Shown one piece after another: positions 37,374 to 43,656 of a stretch of 43,656 bases of DNA. Source of the stretch: a virus (lineage: Duplodnaviria; Caudoviricetes); IMG/VR virus record IMGVR_UViG_3300033076_000794, positions 1 through 43,656 of that record; one strand, written 5' to 3'. The notes under the pieces were generated by a model. That model was not told the DNA's origin and made no database searches. It saw only the letters and a list, made by a program, of their open reading frames with translations. How positions within the stretch are numbered: position 1 is the stretch's first letter; every line of letters begins with the position of its first letter. A program made the position numbers and the translations under genes.

Positions 37374-37573
37374 GCTGCTCGCTCCGTGTCAGCAACATTA
37401 AGCCACCGAAACGCAGCGCCAGCGCCGTCAATCTCAACCTCAACCAGACAGACATCGCCGTCGATCTGAGCCACGCGCCCAAGTCTGCCCGCCATCCATC
37501 CGGACTTGATCCAGCGCGCTTGCCCTAAAAAAAGCTCTGGAGCGCCTGTTTTGCCTTCCGTATGCTCTGCCAT
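37370..37573 (-). CDS. hypothetical protein
   Basis: GAGG RBS; small beta-rich ORF. Confidence 0.6.
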   Translation of the reverse strand: MAEHTEGKTGAPELFLGQARWIKSGWMAGRLGRVAQIDGDVCLVEVEIDGAGAAFRWLNVADTERAA

Positions 37574-37586
37574 CACCTCACTCCTA

Positions 37587-37808
37587 TCAGGCCGTTCTAG
37601 GCCGGTTTTCGTGCATTCTTGCGGCCTTGCCGCTCAAGTCGCCCGGTTGAATCACGTAGCCCAGGTTGTCCAGGGCCTCAAATGCAAACCGGTGGGAAAT
37701 GTCCGGCTTGCTGGGGTCGTTAAGCACCCAAAGCCAATGGTCGATGACATGGCTGCGACCTGGCGCAGTCTTGAACCTGTTGGCAATCTGCGCTACTGGA
37801 TCACCCAT
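37587..37808 (-). CDS. hypothetical protein
   Basis: GGAG RBS; overlaps upstream stop. Confidence 0.55.
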   Translation of the reverse strand: MGDPVAQIANRFKTAPGRSHVIDHWLWVLNDPSKPDISHRFAFEALDNLGYVIQPGDLSGKAARMHENRPRTA

Positions 37809-38424
37809 TAGACAATCTCCTAACGCCACTTGGCGCAATGCGGCGCTGCAAACCGGCAGAACCAGACATCACGGCCTGCGCCTTGGTCTTGTCGCCAATC
37901 AGCACGGGAGGGTCTGACGAAAACCCCCGGGAGCCGTTGTGCGTGTCCGATATTCCGCCAAGCACCAGCGGGTAATCTGGTGCGCTGCCGCCGCGATTGG
38001 CATACGCACGGTAAGCATCGCGGAATCTGCGCTCAAGGAATGGCGCCTCGTCTTCCGAGGTGTGGCACAGCCTCGTCCATCCGCCAATATCCCGCACGAT
38101 AGCGTGGATGATTGGGTCATCAAACACCACTGACCGATAGGCGCCCACAGATGACGCGGCGCCAATTGCCTTTGCCCACGCCAGCGACGCAGCGTCCTTT
38201 GTGTCGCCGTCAATCATCCGCACGATGTCGGCGACCTTGGGCATGAACTGCCCGGTATCCGGGTTGTCAATGTGGGTCATGACGGCGCGCTCAAGCGTTT
38301 CAATGCTGTACCTGTGCAGCAGGCCCTGCGCATACAGCCCGATAACGCCGGCTGATAGCGTCTTGCCGTGGTACTCGCCCAAGGCGCTGATCAACGCGCT
38401 GAATCGACCAATGTCAGCCTGCAT
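37801..38424 (-). CDS. DUF6475-like protein (replication-associated)
   Basis: GQFMPKVADI...AW.KA...VGAYRSVVFDDPIIHAIV.DIGGW..LC. Confidence 0.8.
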   Translation of the reverse strand: MQADIGRFSALISALGEYHGKTLSAGVIGLYAQGLLHRYSIETLERAVMTHIDNPDTGQFMPKVADIVRMIDGDTKDAASLAWAKAIGAASSVGAYRSVVFDDPIIHAIVRDIGGWTRLCHTSEDEAPFLERRFRDAYRAYANRGGSAPDYPLVLGGISDTHNGSRGFSSDPPVLIGDKTKAQAVMSGSAGLQRRIAPSGVRRLSNG

Positions 38425-39253
38425 TTTCGGCAGCCTCCCGAGCGCGCCGCGCATCAATCGCCTGTTGCAGCCTCAGGGCCTCCGGGCTTCTCGCCCAGGC
38501 TTGCGCCGCAGCGGCTGTCTCCATGCCCGCCTTCCCGAGCAGCAATGCCCCGTTTTCGTCGCGGATGCCGTCGCGCGACATTCTGGATTCGTGCATCGGC
38601 TTTTCCCGCCTCACCCATAGGCGCCAGGTTGCTTGCCAGTCTGCCTTTCGAGCATCGGCGCCGCCTTTTGCGTGCCAGTAGTCGGCAAATGACCGTGACA
38701 CCTTTTCGCAATGTTGGCGCGTCCACGATGGCTGCTCTTGCATTGCCCACTCGGCCCACTCGTCGGGCAAATCCCAATCAGAAGGCAGGCGGCAAGCCCT
38801 TGCCGTCGGCTGAGGCTTTGCCGAAGCATGTGTTTCTGTCGTGTTGATGCGCATGCTATCGCGCACGCTCTCTCTCTCTTCCTCTACTTCTTCTCTTTCT
38901 CTTTCTCTTTCTCTTTCTCTAGGCAAGCGCTCCGCTAGCGCTTTGCTAGCATCTCGATAGCACTCTGCGTCGCAGTCAAAAAACCCGCTTTTAATCAAAG
39001 GCTTAACAGCTTCAACAACCTCCTGCTCTGCCATCCGAAGCCTGAAAGCAATCTTTGCTGGAGACGCATCAAGCGACCCGTCGTTTTCCTCGCTAGCTAG
39101 CAGCCAGAGCATAGGCGCTAGCGCTCTGCTAGCAACCGGCAAGCATTGGAATTCGTAGTTGTCGATCAGTTTTTTGTGAAGCTTGATCCATGCGGGGGAT
39201 CTGTCTTTGTAGTGCTGGAAATCACTCCAGCCCCTAGCAACAAGGCGGCTCAC
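38414..39253 (-). CDS. phage replication initiator (lambda O-like architecture)
   Basis: WSDFQHYKDR.P.WIKLH N-domain; RERE linker; RLPSDW...FADYW...KADWQATWRLWVR C-domain. Confidence 0.85.
   Translation of the reverse strand: MSRLVARGWSDFQHYKDRSPAWIKLHKKLIDNYEFQCLPVASRALAPMLWLLASEENDGSLDASPAKIAFRLRMAEQEVVEAVKPLIKSGFFDCDAECYRDASKALAERLPREREREREREEVEEERESVRDSMRINTTETHASAKPQPTARACRLPSDWDLPDEWAEWAMQEQPSWTRQHCEKVSRSFADYWHAKGGADARKADWQATWRLWVRREKPMHESRMSRDGIRDENGALLLGKAGMETAAAAQAWARSPEALRLQQAIDARRAREAAENAG
38868..39134 (-). repeat. candidate replication origin: (GA)-rich tract and GCTAGC iteron-like repeats
   Basis: CTCTTT tandem at 38868-38920; CGCTAGCGCTYTGCTAGCA at 38933-38951 and 39116-39134. 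Confidence 0.5.
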
Positions 39254-39280
39254 GTCGATACCTCTATCGAACCTCGTGAA

Positions 39281-39336
39281 GTGCTGGGCCAGGACGCGAG
39301 GTTTTCGTCTTTTCGGGAGCTACCCTAGGCCAGCAA
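39281..39336 (-). ncRNA. structured leader/antisense-like RNA upstream of the replication initiator
   Basis: TGCTGG/CCAGCA closing stem, GGG-TAGCT-CCC hairpin, GAAAA, GACG-AAAACCTCG-CGTC hairpin; loop complementary to downstream CGAGGTT. Confidence 0.6.
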
Positions 39337-39341
39337 CGTCA

Positions 39342-39369
39342 ATTATACGCGCATCACACTGATTTGCAA
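39342..39369 (-). promoter_or_regulatory. sigma70-like promoter
   Basis: TTGCAA-16 bp-TATAAT on the minus strand. Confidence 0.6.
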
Positions 39370-39887
39370 GATAAAAAAGCTCTGACGAATCTTTCAGCTA
39401 CCTGCGGGACGATGGCATTGCCTTCGCTGACAAGCCACTGACGCATCACATGCCTCAGTACCGCCTCGCCCCAGTCGCCCATGGCGGCGTTGATGACGTT
39501 CAGAACGACGCGCACGTTATCGTGCGTGTAGCCTTTGGATGGATCGCGTCGATCCAGGCTCGGGCTGTTGTACTTGCGCCCTGGCGTCAAGTCGAACGGG
39601 AGGCCGCTTACCTCACACACGCCGGCATCCACTCGGCGCTGTAGGTCTTCGACGTGGGCGTCGAGATCGAAAGCCAAACCTCGCTTCCGCGCCCGCGTGC
39701 GGGCCGTCGCGACAAGGCAAGAGGCACGGCGCTCCAGTCGGCGGCGCGCTTCAGACGCTTGCTTCTTGTCCTTGTTTTTCTCCATCCATGCAGCGTGACT
39801 GGCTGCGCGCTTCGCCTTCACATCGGGCCTTGCGCAATATTCGCGCTGCTGAATCTTCTTGCGTTCAGGCGTTTGCGGCATGTTCAC
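39354..39887 (-). CDS. HNH-like (His-Me finger) putative homing endonuclease
   Basis: ARTRARKRGLAFDL...CEVSGLPF...SPSLDRRDPSKGYTHDNVRVV...N.AMGDW. Confidence 0.8.
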   Translation of the reverse strand: MNMPQTPERKKIQQREYCARPDVKAKRAASHAAWMEKNKDKKQASEARRRLERRASCLVATARTRARKRGLAFDLDAHVEDLQRRVDAGVCEVSGLPFDLTPGRKYNSPSLDRRDPSKGYTHDNVRVVLNVINAAMGDWGEAVLRHVMRQWLVSEGNAIVPQVAERFVRAFLSCKSV

Positions 39888-40855
39888 CCCATTGAAGCAG
39901 AAATGAAGGCCGAAGCCACCTGGGGAACAATCGCGTTCCCGTAGCCTCGCAGTCGCATCACTCTCCCTTCCGCAGAGTTGTTCGGTGCCATGCGTTGATC
40001 CCCGCCACGCACCAGCCCACGGGGTAGCCCATGCACCAGCGGGAATGTGCCGGGTTCAACTGGCCTCCACTTTCCATCCCGGCATCCGAGCCAGTCAGCA
40101 TCTCGCCAGAAACCGTTAGTCGGGCCGGCCCCGGAGCCAGATGAAACGCCTGGTCGGCCAAGCTGATCTGTGGGTCTGTAGGCTTGCGATTCCCGAGGAT
40201 AGGTGGCTTTGACTTGTGCGTCATCATCGTTCGATCCGGCGTTGCCCACCCCGCCAACTGCACTGAGTCGTTCAGGTTTGCCATTCCGTGACCCTGCGCC
40301 TTCTTCCCCGCTATGTATTCCGCTGTGTGTGCGGGGAAATGATCGCGAGCGCACGGCGTCGGCCACCCAGTACAACCGCTGTCTGATGTGCGGTGCGCCA
40401 ATGCCCGCAGCGCACAAATCTGCCGCTGCAAAGGCGTAGCCCTGGCTTTCCAGGTCAGTCGATACAAGATCGAGCCAGACGAGGCCGTCAGCGCTCGCAA
40501 CCTGCTCTCCAAAGACGACTGGAGGCTGGCACTGCTGGATGAGATGGAAGAAGGCCGGCCAAAGGTGCCGGTCATCAGAAAACCCAGCGCCTTTGCCTGC
40601 CGCGCTGAAAGGTTGGCATGGGCAGGAGCCGGTCCAAACAGGTCGATCGTCTGGCCAGCCTGCCATTCTGAGCGCAAGGCTCCATCCGCCGATTCCGGCG
40701 AAAAAGTGGCATTGGGTGAATCCTCGCAAATCGTCAGGTCTGACATCTTCAATGCTCCTTTCATCGACTTCTCCGTCAGCGATGTGGCCGTCTGCGATCA
40801 GATTACGCAGCCATTGCGCGGCAAATGGGTCAAATTCGTTGTAATAGGCGCTCAT
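39884..40855 (-). CDS. DNA (cytosine-5) methyltransferase, alpha-like chain
   Basis: Motif [56 protein letters not shown]; no motif IX in this frame. Confidence 0.9.
   Translation of the reverse strand: MSAYYNEFDPFAAQWLRNLIADGHIADGEVDERSIEDVRPDDLRGFTQCHFFAGIGGWSLALRMAGWPDDRPVWTGSCPCQPFSAAGKGAGFSDDRHLWPAFFHLIQQCQPPVVFGEQVASADGLVWLDLVSTDLESQGYAFAAADLCAAGIGAPHIRQRLYWVADAVRSRSFPRTHSGIHSGEEGAGSRNGKPERLSAVGGVGNAGSNDDDAQVKATYPRESQAYRPTDQLGRPGVSSGSGAGPTNGFWRDADWLGCRDGKWRPVEPGTFPLVHGLPRGLVRGGDQRMAPNNSAEGRVMRLRGYGNAIVPQVASAFISASMG
39958..40746 (-). CDS. overlapping-frame beta-like chain of the methyltransferase (start uncertain)
   Basis: Same strand, different frame, nested in the MTase gene; WPTP/WATP repeats and motif IX-like [18 protein letters not shown]. 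Confidence 0.65.
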   Translation of the reverse strand: MSDLTICEDSPNATFSPESADGALRSEWQAGQTIDLFGPAPAHANLSARQAKALGFLMTGTFGRPSSISSSSASLQSSLESRLRALTASSGSILYRLTWKARATPLQRQICALRALAHRTSDSGCTGWPTPCARDHFPAHTAEYIAGKKAQGHGMANLNDSVQLAGWATPDRTMMTHKSKPPILGNRKPTDPQISLADQAFHLAPGPARLTVSGEMLTGSDAGMESGGQLNPAHSRWCMGYPVGWCVAGINAWHRTTLRKGE

Positions 40856-41121
40856 TTCGGCGCCATCCACTTGCCGCACTCGTCAGCCTCGATCAACCCC
40901 CGGTCCCGCAGATCCTGTAGCCGCCCCTTGATGAGCCGCACCGGGTCTAGCGACAGCTTGCGCGCCACGGACAGCACGCTGTCTGCCCGCGTCGGGGTGA
41001 TGATTGAGCGCTTCGCCAAGTGCGCTGTTATGGCGTTGTCCAGGTCTGGCACTGACGGAGTAATCCATCGCGGGCACTGGCTCAGTGAGTGCGGGGCTGC
41101 GCATAGCGGGCATGAACTCAC
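40852..41121 (-). CDS. winged-helix-like protein with N-terminal Cys/His knuckle
   Basis: GTG overlapping the dut stop; CPLC..PH..SQC; RLQDLRDRGLIE...GKW. Confidence 0.6.
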   Translation of the reverse strand: MSSCPLCAAPHSLSQCPRWITPSVPDLDNAITAHLAKRSIITPTRADSVLSVARKLSLDPVRLIKGRLQDLRDRGLIEADECGKWMAPK

Positions 41122-41561
41122 AGCGCGCCGCTCCCCGTGCTGCCAAAGCCGCCCGCGCCGCGATCGGTGCTGGACAGCTCGGCGACCTCGACCAGATCCA
41201 AGCGCGGGATCTGCACAAGCATGGCCTGGGCGATGCGCTGGCCGGCATCTACATGGTGCCCCATGCATGAATCGTCCCGTATCGACACCTTGACCTCGCC
41301 CCGGTAATCGCTGTCGATCACGCCCACGCAATTGCTCAGCCTCATCCCCAGCTTGAAACCGTGACCACTGCGGCTGAAAATCAGCATCACCCAGCCTGGA
41401 GGAACTTCGAACGCCAGGCCGGTGCGGTAAATGTCGGCCCAATCGTCGAACTCGTGCGGCTCAGTGCCGCCAATTGCAACCAGGTCAAAGCAGGCCGCGC
41501 CGTCAGTGGCGTACTTCGGGATGACCGCGTCTGGATGCAGCTTTTTAACTTTCAGTTCCAT
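41118..41561 (-). CDS. dut: dUTPase
   Basis: YATDGAACFDL, SRSG, GVIDSDYRGE, RIAQ, RGAGGFGSTG. Confidence 0.97.
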   Translation of the reverse strand: MELKVKKLHPDAVIPKYATDGAACFDLVAIGGTEPHEFDDWADIYRTGLAFEVPPGWVMLIFSRSGHGFKLGMRLSNCVGVIDSDYRGEVKVSIRDDSCMGHHVDAGQRIAQAMLVQIPRLDLVEVAELSSTDRGAGGFGSTGSGAL

Positions 41562-41571
41562 GATTTCCCTT

Positions 41572-42099
41572 TCAAATTATTGGGTTAGGCGATCGCTTGG
41601 CTTTTGCAGATATCAAGACGCCAAACGGCGAAAACCTTTGCCCGCTTTTGACAACGTCTGCCAACCAGGCTGTCTCCTGCGCAGCCTTGGCGGCGATCTG
41701 GTCACGTCGCATCACGTCTGACGCCGCGTCGTCTTGCGGAATCTCCTTCGATGGGCGGTACTCATCGGCAAGCCAGTAGACAAAATTTTTGCCATTGCGA
41801 ACACGGACTACAGCGCCGCGGTTAATGTCCGGCTTGATCGCCGCCAAAAAAGTGTTCTCGGATGCCGAGATCTTTGTTCGAATTTCCACAGACGTTGATG
41901 GCGATCCTTTTAGCGCGGCAAGAATAGCTTCTGAATACCGCCTGGCCGGGTGCGGTTTGGCGGCCCCGCTTTTCCACCGCTCAGCCGAAATGCCCTTTGC
42001 GCAGTTTTTACACACCCATCTTGGCCGCCCGTTTTTGTTGATGTAGTAAGCCGACAAAGGCAATTCGACTTTGCATCGGTTGCAGACTTTGGTTTCCAT
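41572..42099 (-). CDS. hypothetical Zn-finger/HTH protein
   Basis: KVCNRCK...CKNC followed by a helical wHTH-like region. Confidence 0.7.
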   Translation of the reverse strand: METKVCNRCKVELPLSAYYINKNGRPRWVCKNCAKGISAERWKSGAAKPHPARRYSEAILAALKGSPSTSVEIRTKISASENTFLAAIKPDINRGAVVRVRNGKNFVYWLADEYRPSKEIPQDDAASDVMRRDQIAAKAAQETAWLADVVKSGQRFSPFGVLISAKAKRSPNPII

Positions 42100-42127
42100 G
42101 TCCCATGCCTAAAAAGGGATATCCGGT

Positions 42128-42604
42128 CTAAAAAGGGATATCGTCGTCCATGTCGTCAAAGCCAGTTCCGCCGCGAGGCATGGTAGAAGGCTTTGCGGCT
42201 GGCCTTTGTGGCTGCTGACGGGCTTGTGGCTGCGGCTTGATGTCTTGGCCTTGGTCGCCGCTTTCGCCGCCGTCACGGCCGCCCAGCAGTTGCAGAACAT
42301 CACCGACAATCTCGGTCGTATAGCGCTCGTTGCCTTCCTTGTCGGTCCACTTGCGGGTGCGCAGCCGCCCTTCGACGTAGCAGGGCTTGCCCTTTTTCAA
42401 GTACTCGCCAGCCACTTCTGCGGATCGGCCAAAGAACACGACGCGGTGCCATTCGGTTTCTTCGCGCCAGTCGCCGGTGCTCTTGTCTTTGACGCGGGAG
42501 CTTGTGGCCAGCGACAGCGTCGTGATGGCGCCACCGTCGGCCGCGTAACGGACTTCAGGGTCACGGCCGCAGTTGCCGAGAAGAATTACTTTGTTGACTG
42601 ACAT
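42128..42604 (-). CDS. ssb: single-stranded DNA-binding protein
   Basis: [18 protein letters not shown]...TEWHRVVFF...EGRLRTRKW; C-terminal DDDIPF. Confidence 0.97.
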   Translation of the reverse strand: MSVNKVILLGNCGRDPEVRYAADGGAITTLSLATSSRVKDKSTGDWREETEWHRVVFFGRSAEVAGEYLKKGKPCYVEGRLRTRKWTDKEGNERYTTEIVGDVLQLLGGRDGGESGDQGQDIKPQPQARQQPQRPAAKPSTMPRGGTGFDDMDDDIPF

Positions 42605-42858
42605 TGTGTGCCCTCTTTCATTGCGACCCGATCGGGCCAAATTTGCGCGGCATCGTCGCGAAGGTCAAAGACTGTCACCAGGCCGCCGGTGATCTGCTCA
42701 ATCTTCACGGCAGTAGCGACGCCAGGTTCAGCGGGATCTGACTCGTCAGCCCAGCGCCGCACAACTGTTGCCGAGACCCCTAGTTGCTCGGCAATCCGTG
42801 ATGCCGGGCCTTTTCGGCCTTGTTTGGGCTGCATAGCCAAGTATTCCTGAAGCTTCAT
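42586..42858 (-). CDS. Cro/YdaS-like HTH regulator
   Basis: MKLQEYL...[15 protein letters not shown]...[15 protein letters not shown]...IWP; first gene after leftward promoter. Confidence 0.85.
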   Translation of the reverse strand: MKLQEYLAMQPKQGRKGPASRIAEQLGVSATVVRRWADESDPAEPGVATAVKIEQITGGLVTVFDLRDDAAQIWPDRVAMKEGTQCQSTK

Positions 42859-42885
42859 CACCTCGTCCTTTGGTTGTGATGCCGC

Positions 42886-42914
42886 ATTGTACTAACAACC
42901 GCTGGTTTCGACAA
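42886..42914 (-). promoter_or_regulatory. leftward early promoter
   Basis: TTGTCG-17 bp-TACAAT on the minus strand. Confidence 0.7.
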
Positions 42915-42982
42915 GCACAGATGCAAAAAGAATTGCAGCCTGTTTCTGTTGCTGTTTTTTGCATCGAACTCGAAACCAACAG

Positions 42983-43011
42983 TTGACACATGCATTAGAC
43001 CGGCGTACAGT
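42983..43011 (+). promoter_or_regulatory. rightward early promoter
   Basis: TTGACA-17 bp-TACAGT. Confidence 0.75.
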
Positions 43012-43188
43012 CCTACTCCATCGACACCCGCTTACAAGCCTGGATCGATGACCACCAAGGGCAGTAGCCCGGAAAGCCGGAAGACCGAGGGCCGGCAATA
43101 GAAGGTGCGAGCGGAAAGCAAAAAGCTTTGTTGGTTTTGGCAAGGCGCTTCGTCGAGGCGCCTGGTTCAAGCCAAAAGAGAGGACGAG

Positions 43189-43554
43189 ATGCAAATCGAT
43201 ATGCAAGAACTGATCGCGCTGATTGGCGCAGCGGCAAACAAGCCGGTGGCAGGACAGCCAGAGCAGAAAGCGCCGCACCCGTTTGTCGGCAAGTACGTTA
43301 TCGCACGTTGCTATGCAGCCGGCGTGCACGCCGGGGTCGTTGATTCGGTCGACGGCGACACGGCGATCCTGTCGGAAAGCCGGCGCTTGTGGTCCTGGAA
43401 GGCGCAGGACGGGATTGCGCTGTCTGGCGTGGCTCAGCACGGCATCAAGAACGACAGCAAGGTCGACACAGCCAACGGCCTGATTTACCTGACTGGCGTG
43501 TGTGAGCTGATCCCGTGCTCAAACGACGCCGAGCGGAGCATCAGAAATGCGTAA
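43189..43554 (+). CDS. DUF6948-like protein
   Basis: GAGGA RBS; GKYVIARCYAAGVHAG...SRRLWSW...LSGVAQHGI...ELIPCS..A..SI. Confidence 0.8.
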   Translation: MQIDMQELIALIGAAANKPVAGQPEQKAPHPFVGKYVIARCYAAGVHAGVVDSVDGDTAILSESRRLWSWKAQDGIALSGVAQHGIKNDSKVDTANGLIYLTGVCELIPCSNDAERSIRNA

Positions 43555-43656
43555 ATTTGTTGACGGCGACGGCTCCGGCTCCGGCTCCGGCTACGGCTCC
43601 GGCTCCGGCTACGGCTCCGGCTCCGGCTACGGCTCCGGCTCCGGCTACGGCTCCGG
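43547..43656 (+). CDS. Gly-Ser/Gly-Tyr repeat protein (runs off window)
   Basis: MRKFVDGDGSGSGSGYGSGSGYG...; overlaps upstream stop. Confidence 0.7.
   Translation, partial: MRKFVDGDGSGSGSGYGSGSGYGSGSGYGSGSGYGS
43565..43656 (+). repeat. hexamer tandem repeat GGCTCC/GGCTAC
   Basis: Uninterrupted 6-bp units to the window end. Confidence 0.95.

Noticed and set aside
42895-42985. Protelomerase telRL site
   Set aside because: The inverted repeat is imperfect with an asymmetric centre, no protelomerase is encoded, and divergent promoters/operators explain it
43565-43656. CRISPR array or telomere-like repeat
   Set aside because: 6-bp in-frame coding units with no unique spacers

Overview
This window is an essentially complete ~43.7 kb GC-rich dsDNA phage genome. 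It is a podovirus with a BPP-1/Bcep-like virion module and a lambdoid-style early region, probably infecting a betaproteobacterium (an inference from the SSB sequence and a PEP-CTERM cargo gene). Both ends fall in Gly-rich (GSGYG/GDGYG) repeat genes, so the contig probably broke in that repeat. Two divergent sigma70-like promoters at ~42.9-43.0 kb define two arms. The + arm (43.2 kb, wrapping to 1-10.9 kb) holds accessory and recombination genes (outer-membrane-like protein, PEP-CTERM protein, Erf, Gp157, NinB, Lar-like, a tandemly duplicated module). It ends in a non-coding RNA cluster (a tRNA-like RNA and tRNA-Arg(UCU)) followed by an RNA ligase. The - arm (42.86 kb down to 10.9 kb) runs Cro-like regulator, SSB, dUTPase, cytosine methyltransferase, HNH-type endonuclease, replication initiator, RusA, terminases, portal, head-spike cassette, scaffold, capsid, tail tube, internal virion proteins, tail fibre and lysis genes. 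I found no integrase, CI-type repressor, DNA or RNA polymerase, reverse transcriptase or CRISPR array. The most notable observations are: (1) a kissing-loop tRNA-mimic next to a tRNA and an RLIG1/DUF5565-like ligase; (2) a C5 methyltransferase apparently split over two overlapping reading frames; (3) an endonuclease inserted at that methyltransferase's motif X, with a synonymously recoded duplicate of the site; (4) a phage-borne PEP-CTERM protein; (5) an antisense-like leader RNA before the replication initiator. All family assignments come from motif recognition by eye; no searches were run.
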